A stretch of DNA of 61,101 bases, filler included. It is 14 parts of 14 records of this genome, joined end to end, with 100 filler letters (N's around TTAATTAATTAA, not from the genome) between each part and the next. Parts side by side here need not be neighbours in the genome. Positions count along the whole stretch, not along the records: positions 43,695 to 47,127 come from SRR15195285_6275; positions 47,228 to 51,391 come from SRR15195285_6277; positions 51,492 to 54,515 come from SRR15195285_6279; positions 54,616 to 61,101 come from SRR15195285_6282; 10 more parts are not named here. One strand, given 5' to 3'. Positions 43,768 to 54,881 of the stretch are shown here, piece by piece. How positions within the stretch are numbered: position 1 is the stretch's first letter; each line of letters starts with the position of its first letter. A program made the position numbers and the translations under genes. The notes beneath the pieces were generated by a model. The model saw only the letters and a list, made by a program, of their open reading frames with translations. It was not told the DNA's origin and did not search any database.

Positions 43768-46676
43768 TCACGGTCGCGCAAGCTGCGAATGTGAGCGTAC
43801 CACATGTGAATCCGCGACAGGCCGAGCCACTGTCTCCAGCTGAATTGAGCTCCGCCCACCGTCTGATTCGTCGTCCAGAACGCTGTCGGAAATGGACACA
43901 CCGCGCGATGACGTCTCAGAGAGGACGTTCCGCTGCAGCCGCCTGCCCCGTGAAACAATCAAAATTTTTACTTACCCAAATCAAATGCCAAGGTACATGG
44001 AAACTACAAATCTCAACTGTTGCCTCGGTGTTCTTTCGTACCGATCAGCGGCGCGGTCGGAGCGCGAACAGCACCGCCGCCGCCATTGTGTCGGAGAAAA
44101 TACATCGTATGTCACGATCTCGTCAGATTCCTGAACAAGTCGAACGACACCAGGACGCAACAGTTGTAGTTGCTGTCGCGTAATGGTTTAAACAGCCATC
44201 TACTCGAGGGTCTCTTCGTGCCACAGTCTGCTGTGATCTAGGCACGGCGTGTCTGTGCCATCTGAACGTCCTAGACAAATTAGCGTCTGGTGGAATACGT
44301 ACCCTCCCGCGCGTCTCTGGCAGAAAGGCGTGGATGAAACCCAGGGCCAGCAGACAGATGAAAAAAGACAGAGCAAAGACCAGCGCCTGCCGCAGAACAA
44401 AACACCTCAGATATTTGCAACAAAGCTTGCTCCACGCACTACATCGGATGATCAAACGAGGTAACCACACTGAGTGAAACAGAGGTGCGATCTGGATCCC
44501 GATGCTGGGAACTTCCGCACCGTTGACGTGCTGTGAACGAGTGGCTCGAAAACTAAGTTGACGACCTGCGCAGACGGGTTGAAAGCACATTTTAGAATAG
44601 AATAATGCACTGAGCATAGTAGTAAAATATGTGCGTAGCGAAATATGTGCCACTGTTAAAGCAAGGCACTGTGGTACCATCTGAAATAACCAATTGAACA
44701 CCGTCGCTACACCCAACGCTCGGCCTATGCGGTGAAAACATCCACGAAGAAAAACAATATGCACACACAGACTACCGGTAAGTAAACCACGGTGCACATA
44801 GTTTGCAGTACAGGCACACATTGGCAGTAAATCTGAGTTGCGTTGTGGCGCGGTGCGAGCGGAGTGGCCCTGCGAATGTCGCTACATGTGCGCAATACCT
44901 CGGACTCCAACGGTGAAGAGCTCCGCAGTGATGAGCCAATTTAGTGGACCATAAGAAAACGAGTACGCGCCCGAGATGACTGCCATCCCACTGATCGCAA
45001 AGACTGGCGGTGGCTTTTCCTCGTAATACCAATAGCTCCAGGAGAGCATAGCCAGCGCGGCGGCCATTACCACTCTGCGAATTCGATTGGTTTGATGCCA
45101 TAGCCCAGTGCAGACGGAAAAACACGTCACAACACACCCATACATCTTGGTATTAGTACTGTTAGATGAGCCCGTGGGACCGTAGGCCTGTGCCATGCGG
45201 TGCAGATAAAAATCGAGCACGTAGGCATTGACAAGACGAACACTCACGTGCCCAGTGCAAGCATTTCCCGGCGATTGATGTCTTCGACCTTCCATACAGC
45301 GATGCATACACACAGAAACTTAAACCCTCCGATGTAAGTGGCATTCCACACCGCAGTCTCCTCGCACTCATCTCGCTCGTCGATTGTCGGCAGCTTGTCG
45401 CAGCCGGCCGCGCGGGCGAACATATCCTGTCCCACGACGTTAGTGAGACACCGTCTACGATGGTATCGTGACATCAACAACTATTTCATGAAAAGCCTTG
45501 TGGGGTGCTTCGATCAAACACCGGTGCAAAAGAGAGGACATTCGCCTGGCCAGAGAACTGCGCAAAGAAGAAAAGTAACACAGCAATCTGCAGCTGGGGC
45601 CGCCACCGCCGAAAAGTTTCGAAAGTCGACTCCTGCGACAGTTCGAGTGCTTCCTCCTGCGTGCTCCGGGCGAGCGCTCCCAGAACGATATTCGCGCCTG
45701 CAATTGCATGCGCAACAGGCATCAGCCGAAAGCAGTCAGTACTTATCTGCTAATTTGGAAGGACAGCATCGACGCATTGTTCTCACGACGCTCTGACCCG
45801 CCGTAGATTTGCACCAGGGAAGCGTGTGCCTCATCTCGTCGCCCCTGCAGCAGCAGCCATCGGGGAGATCTCGGCATGAAGCTCATGCACAGCAGCTGCA
45901 GCGAGGCGATGATCGACGCGAATCCAAACATGTAGCGCCAGCCACCAGGCGTAGATGCAAACATTCCGTCGACGAAATTTGCTGCCGGTCGTAGGCACAC
46001 GTGGGTTAGTGTCAACACGCGGGGTGACCAGTCAGGGTGGGGTGCGAGACCCGCATGAGGCCGGCTCACCTAGGAGGAAGCCGCCAGCGATCATCATTTC
46101 GTTCACACTGACAATTGTGCCGCGCCATTTCTGCGGTGCCATCTCGTTAAGGTAGGCGACGTCTGCGATGGCGGAAACAGAGACGCCGATCCCGACGGCA
46201 AATCGACCGATCAGCACCTGTGTCAAGGTGTCCGAAGTTGCGATCGTACAGGATCCGACGATGAAGACGAGGTCAGTGCACATGATGGCGTGCCGCCGCC
46301 CGTAGCGGTCTGTGAAAGTGCCACCAAACAGCGCCCCGAGGACGGAACCGACAAGGAGAATCGACACCACGATCCCCTTTTCTCCCTGTCCTGGCTCCAG
46401 GTCGAATTGCGCCGCGAGCTGGAGCAGCGCGCCTGCGACCACCCCGAGGTCATACCCGAACAGCACGCCGCCGATACTCCCGACTAGTGCAACCTTGCAC
46501 GCGAAGAATCGCATCGCCTTTTCGACCACCGCCGCATTCTCGCGGTTGGTTATTGGCGTGAGGCTCTTCGGCGGCGGCCAGAGCTTGCCCGACGCCGCGC
46601 CCGCACCTGCTTCCGGCGTGGCAGCCGCAGCTTTCTCGTCCTCGCCGCCGTCAGCGGACGAGCCCGCCGTCGCCAT
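43768..46676 (-). CDS. MFS sugar porter (SP family) transporter; multi-exon
   Basis: GGVLFGYDLGVVAGA, TDRYGRR, GRFAVGIGV, YLNEMAPQKWRG, GWRYMFG, MPRSPRWLL, QFSGQANVLSFAP, YSFSYGPLNWLITAELF, FLPETRGR|ESDEI. Last exon ends ...SQLARP* at 43768. Confidence 0.92.
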
Positions 46677-47127
46677 TACCCCAGCGACACTACGCCGTCT
46701 CTCCAGCCACGTGGCGCCGCGCTGCCACCGCCAGCCTGCCCAGCGCGAGCGCCGACATCATCATCGCCGACATCATCATCGTCTGCGTCCACGCTCCGAG
46801 GACAGCGTGGAGGCTGACGACTGATGACTGCCACCGGCCGGTGCGGGCTGAGATAGATCTATAGTATACTACTGTACGGCGTACGGTCATACGCGAGCTT
46901 TGCTTCGTCGCTGCCTGTGAGCCTCACACTCCGCGGGACACACTCCGGGCCGGTCTGGGCGGTCTCCGCGCGCGCGCGCAGACGCTCGCGTGACAACTTT
47001 CCAATTTTCAATTTTCAATTCATTCATTCAATTTTATCCATTTATAAACCAAAATCACAAGAACAAATGTGTCCTCCACACAAACTCTCATGTTTTCCGC
47101 GCTGCGTGGAGAGGTACAGGCGGCGCG

Positions 47128-47227
47128 NNNNNNNNNNNNNNNNNNNNNNNNNNNNNNNNNNNNNNNNNNNNTTAATTAATTAANNNNNNNNNNNNNNNNN
47201 NNNNNNNNNNNNNNNNNNNNNNNNNNN
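47128..47227. other. Artificial contig-joining spacer 11
   Basis: N44-TTAATTAATTAA-N44. Confidence 0.98.
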
Positions 47228-47296
47228 GTCACGGCGCCCCCTTCGGGGACGCCCTGTGGGCGCGATAATGTTGCACATCATGTGAAACCCCGTTCG

Positions 47297-50200
47297 CTAG
47301 CCCATGAGAGAAAACAGAGAAGATATCTTGAGCTGCTCCTTCGCTGCCTCAGGTGCGCATGTCTGCCCACCAGCAGGGGTGAAGAGCAAATGCTTTTCTT
47401 CTCCCTGCCCAACAAACGGTTGTGCAACCAAGATAATGATGAGCCTCTAAAGACGTTTTTCTAAGTCCTATGTGTACGCCATAGTGACCTAATATAATAG
47501 TACTAGTCTATGTTGGACATGAAGTACCGGCACTATGGCGAATGATCCATCAGAGAATCGTCCAGGGCCAAGTTCTCCTGCAGTGTCTAGTACAACAAAC
47601 AAAGCAAGTCTTGCGCAATGCAAATTGAATGCGCAGCTTTTGCCCTTTAGTGCCCAATCAGACGTGGCACAGACCGGCGGATGTAGCTTGCTCCGCGCTA
47701 GCTCAAAGCCACCAGGGGAAGGCAAGAAGTGGTCGTTGGTACTAGTAAAGGTGTTGTTGTTGTCGTCACAGTCGGCACGTAGCCGCAAAAAGCCCCAAGG
47801 ATGTTGTGCAGTCACATCCGCTGGAATTGTGACTGCCCGGGCCACTCCTCCTGCAGCCACCTGATGATAATAATGCCAAGCACCAATCGTGTCAGACCAT
47901 ACTACATGGGCAAAACCAATGGCATATGTCCGTGGAGCAACCTCAACGGAGATGGGTATTTTGGCGACGATTTCCGTACCTCTGCAATAGTCGCGTTCCA
48001 AGTTAGTGTTGGTGCGATAGCAACACCAGGCTCCCAAAGCGCTACCTCGACCTTGCACCTGCGCAACGGCCGAGGGATGTCGCTGACCAGATGGATCATT
48101 GGTGGCTCCCCGAGAGATCCAGCTGCCGTGACAAGCAGCGGAGCAAAACTTCGCCGAACGAAGTGCAGCTGCTGCTTCCATTCACCGCCGTAGTTCAGGA
48201 GACCAAAACTTTGGCCAGGCCAATTGTCTTGCAGTTGCCAAATCAAGTGTCCCATCGTAGCTCCCTCGTCTACGCTCTGCTTTTGCAACCTGAACTGCTC
48301 CGCCATACCACGTAAGCCTAGTCCAGCTGCAATCTGAGACAGCACGAGGAAGTCAGGGAAACCGACTGTCGTGTTGCCTTTCTCAACTGAAGCATTTCCA
48401 AAGTGAAACGCCACCCAATTTAGCTGCCCTAAACCCCACCCGGAGTATTGGTCCTTGCCAGCGCGCTCTCTGAAAGCTGTTTGCTTTGAACCAATAAAGC
48501 GATCGGCTGGTGTTGTCACTATGCTCAAGGGATGCAGTGAGGCATAGCTCTCGACACCATTCTCGCTTATGAACTTTGCCGGTGGCAGCATCGCACTAGC
48601 GTTGAAGGCTACAGATGGGTCCATGGTGTAGAAATGTGCGTCGCCCCTCGCAGGATTTGAAGAGTCACAAATCGCTGGGGCTTCTGGGTAGCCTGAGTAG
48701 ACATTTGCCTGGTGGAGGCACATATCTGGTATGAGCATATCTTCGCACAGCCAGCCGTTCGAAGGAGAACTTGGCACAAAGGGTCGAGACTTGTCCTGAC
48801 AGTGACAATGACGAATCGTGATGGCAATGCGCACTAGTCAAACCATCTGGCACATTAGTGCAAAAGTCCAAGAGATCCTGCTCTTTTTTGTTTATATATG
48901 TTCAAATTCGGCAAAATGGGCTGCTGCTGTACCTCAGAACGTAGGGCCTGGCCGGCAGTATCGAAGTGCAGCTGTTGAACTCCTAGCGTGTAAATGAAGC
49001 TGCCGCTCACCTGATTGCCGCCGCTTGGCGCCCACTGGTCCGGTCGGTTACCAACGTAGTCTATGCACATCAGATATCAGTACCACGAGCATTCGTATCA
49101 TATTGCATAGAATGGGTCACTAGACAAGGCGTAAGTCGTTGCCTAAGTCCATTTTCCCTTTTTCTTACCTGTGAATGGCGCCAAGTTGGTGACAGCTCCA
49201 GGAAGCAACTCGTTAGTTCCTGACCACAGTACCAAACTCGGATGGTAGGACAGCCGTCGTACTTGGTATTTGGTTTCTGCCGCAACAGATGTCAAAAATG
49301 CCTGATCCCAGGGGTAGATCTGGTCACTGAACATCATATCATCTGCGCAGCAGATGGACACGCACAGCAACGAGTTTATCAGGGCAAACAACTGCACAGT
49401 GTAAACTAGTATACATTCTCCGGGCCCTTGTCGGACGCGCACGATATATCATAATGCCTAGCTCGTCACAGTACTCAAAGAATTCGTCGCGTTCATACAA
49501 GCCACCGCCCCACACGCGTAGCATAGTGAAATGGGCTGCTTTCGCGCTGCTAAGATAATTCCACAGACGCTCTCGCGTAACACGCGACTCGAATTGGTCC
49601 GACGGAATGTTGTTAGCACCCTTTCCGTACACTGGCAGACCATTCACTCGAAAGTAAAATGACCTTGACGGCCCTAAGCTGCTGTTCACCGCACTTTTCC
49701 ATGGCAGCGGCTCCTGCACAAGTTCTACAAGACGCAGGCCGAGAGCCTTTGACCATGGAACAGCGCAAGCATGCCCACCGCTAGCTGTGGTGCACAGAGT
49801 GACCGTTAGGTTGTGCAATGGTTGATCGCCGTAGCCATTTGGATACCACAAGGTATTGGTTGATCTGACGTCTACTGTCAGCGTAAGCGTGGCCGTTGCT
49901 AGCGCGCTGACTGCACCAGCGGGGCACGTCACCTCGCCGGTCGCACGGTATTCATCTCCTGCTAGTTGAATGTTGCTTTGTACCAGCATTGTGCTCACGT
50001 CTGCTGTGGCAGCGCATCGTACCTGAACGTGAAGCGAAAGATTTATGCGCGTCGGAGCTGGCTGAGGTAATGGTGGCCAGACCGTTGTGTTAGGTTGCCT
50101 ATTTGTGCCTGTGGCAACACCACCGTCGTACTGTTGCACCAACACGCTGTCGATCGATCCAGCGCCGTGAACAAGAGTAGAGAGCCGCACGCCACGGTAG

Positions 50201-50850
50201 ATACCACTAGAAATGAAGCCGGGGCCCCAGTTCCAGCCAAAGTGCGTCTGCGATTTCCGAACGAACGGACGGCCAGAGTAGGAATATCGGTTTGCTCGAA
50301 ACTCTCGCAGTGGCACTGGATACTGAGCGGCAGCTGTCTGCCCAACGGCCTCGGGGTTTGTGAAGCTGACAGTAAGCTCGTTGCTGTCAACCCCGGAACG
50401 CAATAAGCCTGCAGGAACAGGAAACTCAAAGCGCAAGAAAGCATTGGACGATTGACCTAACGTGACATTGTTCAGAGTGACGTTCGCGAATGTATCCAGA
50501 CCGTCGAACACCAGTGTGGCGGACGAGGTGCGCTCAGAATATTGATATGAAAACTTCCGCGAAAATGTCCAATTGTCTAGCGCCACCCAACGAAGCACCA
50601 GCTCATTAAATTGGGCAAAGGGTTCAGGAATTACTCCTGCTGCGAGGAGGTCCGTATGGACCACGCCTGGGACCGTCGACGGCACGCACACCGTGCCGTT
50701 GGACGAGCGAACGGTCCACTCGGTGCCACCAAGGTCCAGCACTAGCTCAGCTGCCTCATCATGCGCATCTATCGTCCGGCGATGGTCCAAGCCTGGACCA
50801 TCAGCAACCGCATGCACCACTGCAGCTGTGCCCAACAGCGTCATCAGCAT
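47297..50850 (-). CDS. GH2 beta-mannosidase (MANBA-like), secreted/lysosomal; multi-exon
   Basis: Signal peptide; STVPGVVHTDL, FDGLDTFA, RKSQTHFGWNWGP, LWYPNGYGDQPL, FYFRVNGLPVYGKGANNIP, MLRVWGGGLYE, CDELGI, YQVRRLSYHPSLVLWSGTNE (acid/base), PSSPSNG, GDAHFY, KFISENG (nucleophile), IWQLQDNWP. Ends ...SLFSLMG* at 47297. Confidence 0.93.
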
Positions 50851-50920
50851 GCTAAGAGACGCGCGTCGCGGCGGGTGTCCCGCCGGCGCGCGGCGCCGGC
50901 GGCCGCGCGCGCCGGCCGGC

Positions 50921-51170
50921 GGCGCAGCGCACGCACGCCACTCTGCTGCGTATCGGCTAAAACCGGCCCTTTCCCTAAAACCCCGATGACTGGACGTAGG
51001 TCGGCAGCAGTGCCCAGGTTCGAATGACTGATTTTGTGTCAGAATAGCGCACACGTGGGGATGGTGGGCTAGCTGGGAGCGGATGGTCGGGGAAGGTGGC
51101 GAAGGTGGCGCAGCGCACGCACGCCACTCTGCTGTTAAAACCCCGATGGCTGAACGTGGGACCTGGGCAG
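50921..51170. repeat. Imperfect local duplication (two copies, about 186 bp apart)
   Basis: ggcgcagcgcacgcacgccactctgctg...taaaaccccgatg(a/g)ctg(g/a)acgt(a/g)gg at about 50921-51000 and 51107-51160. Confidence 0.85.
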
Positions 51171-51331
51171 CAAAGAGTTGGCAGTCGTTGAGAGGCGGGA
51201 CTGCATGCCTTCCAGTTCTTCTTGAGCCAGAAGGTCGACTGACACTTCCTGCGGCTCAGGGGACTCATGGGGCGGGGTCGAGTAGACCTCCGCCATCTTC
51301 GGTGTTCCCGGAACATCGGAACGAACTCTTC
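51135..51331 (-). CDS. Probable terminal exon of an unidentified upstream gene
   Basis: After a possible cgcag acceptor, reads VRSDVPGTPKMAEVYSTPPHESPEPQEVSVDLLAQEELEGMQSRLSTTANSLLPRSHVQPSGF*. No family recognised. Confidence 0.35.
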
Positions 51332-51391
51332 TGCGATCACCGTGTGTGTGTGCGTGTGTTTGTGTAGGGGGGCAGGGGGGGGGGGGGGGGT

Positions 51392-51491
51392 NNNNNNNNN
51401 NNNNNNNNNNNNNNNNNNNNNNNNNNNNNNNNNNNTTAATTAATTAANNNNNNNNNNNNNNNNNNNNNNNNNNNNNNNNNNNNNNNNNNNN
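51392..51491. other. Artificial contig-joining spacer 12
   Basis: N44-TTAATTAATTAA-N44, preceded by a poly-G run. Confidence 0.98.
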
Positions 51492-51801
51492 TTCGTGAAT
51501 TCGACCCAAACACTCAGTAGTGCGGCTCTGCACCCTGTGTGATCCGTCCCGCCGGGCGCGCGCCGCGCGGACGAACCCGTGCAGGTCGCCGAGTGTACCC
51601 GCTGTACCGCCACGCGCGAGCTTTTAACCGCGGTATCGTAGCTACCGGGTAGGGACTATTGATAGCTATATAGATCTCTAGATCTAGAGCGCCACTAAAT
51701 GGTAGGGGGGGGTGCCGTGCACCTGTTGCTGCAGTACGTAGAACCGGCAGAACTGATCAGATCAAGAGCCCTACTATGAATAGTATGGTGTCAATTTAGA
51801 T

Positions 51802-52905
51802 ATGGATGCGCAGAGTCGCTCACCAGCCACAGGCGAACGCCCTGCACTGCCGGCAGCAGCGACGCCAGACGAATCTACTATTACGGACACTTGGACGCGT
51901 GGTGGTCATCCAGGAGCAGCGCCAGCCAGTGGGACGGCAGAGAGTGCAGTACGGTCTACTGCCTACACCGTGCAAGTAATCGAAACTGCGACTTCCTGCG
52001 CTGGACACTCGCTGTCTGAGCCGGAGCCGGAGCTGGAGAGCTTGACGCTGGCCTGCCAGCTGTGTGCGAAGGAGCGGCGCAATGCAGAGTCTAATGGCAC
52101 AATATCAGCAACTGACGCCACACCCAAGTGGAAGAAACGGCGCGAGCCGCAGGAGTATGCGTCGTATGGACGACTCGCAATGCACGTCAAAGCGGTCCAC
52201 GAAGGATCGCATATCGTCGACGCAGTTGTCGCGCAGGCTGCCACTGCCCACAAGCCCGTGACCGTCGTTGAGGACGGTGGGTTATTGGTGTGCGTCAAGC
52301 CCGCCGGGATTGACACCCGCGACTTTGGGCACACCGACAGCATGATACTGCTCGCGCTGCAAAACGGCCTGAGCATACCACGTCCAGTACATCGACTGGA
52401 TGCTGCGACTGCGGGCTGCCTGGTCATGGGGAGAACTAAGGCAGCCGTTGTGGCTATGAGCAAATCGTTTAAGGAACGTCTCGTTCAGAAGCAGTACTGC
52501 GCGATCGTATGTGGTGCCTTTCCCCGCGAGCTCGGAAGGTCCGGAACACTGGATAGTCCCCTCAGCGGAAAACCGTGCGTGACCCACTTCACAGTCTTGC
52601 AAGAGGACCCGTCAGTGTCGCATGGCACAGTGACGACTGTACGGCTAGAGCCACACACCGGTCGGACTCACCAGCTGCGGCGGCACATGGCAGCTATCGG
52701 GTGTCCAATCGTAGGAGATCCTTCCTACCAGCCGAGAGTTTCTTTGCGCGTCAGAGAAGCTGGCTTGTCCCCACCTCCCTTGCTGCTCTGGGCGGCCAAG
52801 GTGTCGCTGCCACACCCGGACCGCCCAGAGCAGGTAATCGAGGCGGACGCTGGTCCCGAACCTCCGACATTTCAAGCGTATCGTTTCGCCGAGATGCATA
52901 GGTGA
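51802..52905 (+). CDS. RluA-family RNA pseudouridine synthase
   Basis: LLVCVKPAG, PVHRLDAATAGCL (catalytic D), VQKQYCAIVCG, GKPCVTHF, LEPHTGRTHQLRRHMAAIGCPIVGDPSY, LLLWAAKVSLPHP. Intronless. Confidence 0.93.
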   Translation: MDAQSRSPATGERPALPAAATPDESTITDTWTRGGHPGAAPASGTAESAVRSTAYTVQVIETATSCAGHSLSEPEPELESLTLACQLCAKERRNAESNGTISATDATPKWKKRREPQEYASYGRLAMHVKAVHEGSHIVDAVVAQAATAHKPVTVVEDGGLLVCVKPAGIDTRDFGHTDSMILLALQNGLSIPRPVHRLDAATAGCLVMGRTKAAVVAMSKSFKERLVQKQYCAIVCGAFPRELGRSGTLDSPLSGKPCVTHFTVLQEDPSVSHGTVTTVRLEPHTGRTHQLRRHMAAIGCPIVGDPSYQPRVSLRVREAGLSPPPLLLWAAKVSLPHPDRPEQVIEADAGPEPPTFQAYRFAEMHR

Positions 52906-53006
52906 AATTGACACGCATTCATACGTAGTGTAATCGTGCATGATACATAATACATTGTGATTATACGCAACGCGGCGACACGCCGTGTGGGTTTCTAACG
53001 TCTAGA

Positions 53007-54248
53007 TTACAACCGCGGCGGAGGATTGATGGGGTCCGGGGGCAGCGATAGCGGAGCCGCACCCACCCCCCACTTCTTCAAGGCATCAGCCAAAGTAGTC
53101 AGAGTCGGATCGTGCTTGCCAATAGGCCTTGCGGTAGAAGCCTGCTGCTCGATGAAATCCGTCGCCAAGAACGCTGGTGCTTTCCCTTTCGGATGCAACG
53201 GAAATCTGGGGTCATGCGCGTGTGACAACGGCTGGAAGCGGCTATCCACAGACAGTCGCACAGTGTCCGTCGAGTTGGTGACGCCTCCATGCAGCGTGTG
53301 CACTGTGTGGAGACACAGCAAACGACACAACCACAGAGCACAAAATATGAGAGCCCTGTCGGTGGATGGCTGCGTGGCACGCGATCCGTTCGCAGGTCGC
53401 AGCTTGTACGACCCGAGGGTGTTGGTCGCAGCGCAAGGCGTGTCAACTTACTCCCAAACACAACCAGATCGCCGGCCTCGTATTCTGTAGTCACCCAGCG
53501 CGCGCTTGGGTCAGCTGCCGTCAGCTCTGCTGGGTCCTGGCCGAGGGTCACAAACTGCTCCTGCATCCCAAAGGTCTCTCGTAACCGCGCCATTCCCGGG
53601 CGTTGCGACGACCCTTCAACGACGACAAGACCACCCGTGGCCAGATCGATGTCGTGAAAAGGCAGCCAGAAGGTGTGCAGCTGATCCGAACCTCTCCCCA
53701 TGTATACGTTGTCCATGTGGTACCCTGCACAAGTTGCAGCATGTGGTGACATCCGGGCCACGTAAGTACATGTAAACTCGCAGAGCACGAAAGCCTAGGC
53801 CGAGAAACAAACAAGTCGATGGGTCCCACGCACCGTGGCCAACAAGCTGGTTGGGAAGCACTGCGCGCATCCACCGGTAGTCCAACGCGCCAGCTGGCTC
53901 ACCAAACAGTGCACTGGCAACTTCGAACAGTTCGTCCGCGTGCAGCACTGCACGGATGTCCGGGTGGTTCTGGAGGTCGTGAAACCCACCGTAGATCTGG
54001 CCTTTGGTCTTGGGGTCTGGGATCTCACGCGAGTCCACGTTGGGGCCTCCGATCGAATAGCCGTTCATACGCAGCTCGTGTCGCGCAAAGTCCGGGCGCG
54101 CCCGACGCGCCAACGGATCTGCGTCTGCATCCATCCACCCGGCTGCATGCAACGCCTCGCACATAGCCGCACACGCCCGGAGCACGCGCTCACGAGGCAG
54201 CACGCCGCGCAAGAGGACGTATGAGTCCCGACGCAGCCGCGCCCGCAC
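53007..54248 (-). CDS. Phytanoyl-CoA dioxygenase (PhyH)-family Fe/2OG dioxygenase; start exon unresolved
   Basis: RLRRDSYVLLRGVLPRERVL, LDYRWMRAV, GYHMDNVYMGRGS (HxD), TFWLPF...GGLVVVEGS, WVTTEYEAGDLVVFG|MHTLHGG (distal H), VRLSVDSRFQP. Confidence 0.9.
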
Positions 54249-54515
54249 CTGCACCGCACATTCATCCCCGCCGTGCACCCGAAAGATCAGATCAGATTGT
54301 AGCAGACGACAGGCTGAGGACAGGCACAAGATCACGGAGGTTCACGCCGTCTGCCAATATGACGACTAAATGCACGGTGTGGCGCATTCAGTCGATCGTT
54401 CCCGTACGTGTGTACGATGTCGAATAATAGGGCAACTGGCTACCGTATCATACAGCAGCCTCTCCCATACAGTACGATTTCGGATTGGCTGGGAGATTGA
54501 CTGCAGCGATTCGAC

Positions 54516-54615
54516 NNNNNNNNNNNNNNNNNNNNNNNNNNNNNNNNNNNNNNNNNNNNTTAATTAATTAANNNNNNNNNNNNNNNNNNNNNNNNNNNNN
54601 NNNNNNNNNNNNNNN
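54516..54615. other. Artificial contig-joining spacer 13
   Basis: N44-TTAATTAATTAA-N44. Confidence 0.98.
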
Positions 54616-54881
54616 TGTACTGGAAAATGGTACCATTTCTCCATAGGTTGATGCATATAATAGGATGATCTCAACTCGTCGTACTATGATCAATAGTAGC
54701 CGCTTGTGAGAATCGACCTGGGATGGCCAAGATGATGACGGCGGCGCCGACGGCCTGGGGGAGAGAGCGTCGCCTGGCGCCGTGCGAGGACCTGATGCCT
54801 GGAGTCTTCCAGCGTGTTGTGAGGCGGCGGACCGCCAGCTGCAGGAGCGGGAGGAGTGCAGGCGGAGTGGTGCTGTCCGCG

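Noticed and set aside
44185-44215. TLE-TAG-MAV-TAA after ETRGR in the sugar porter, suggesting TAG/TAA reassignment
   Set aside because: It lies inside an intron. A canonical ttcag acceptor at about 44130 gives ETRGR|ESDEI and a clean end, and TAA/TAG/TGA all act as stops in other genes.
46690-46790. Met-rich uORF (MMMSAMMMSALALG...) before the sugar porter
   Set aside because: It arises from a 15-bp tandem duplication of an (ATG)n word. No evidence that it is transcribed or conserved.
863-50850. A polysaccharide-utilisation gene cluster spanning the window
   Set aside because: The CAZymes and the sugar porter lie on different, arbitrarily joined contigs. Only the GxGYxYP and beta-helix pair is physically linked.
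51005-51030. tRNA-like T-arm / B-box (ccaggttcgaatg)
   Set aside because: The T-stem does not pair properly and no acceptor, D or anticodon arms can be built.
3750-54615. Thirteen identical TTAATTAATTAA units flanked by N runs, as a biological repeat or CRISPR-like array
   Set aside because: Fixed 100-nt N44/12/N44 format with stops in all six frames marks an artificial concatenation spacer. ORFs ending in X...LIN are artefacts.
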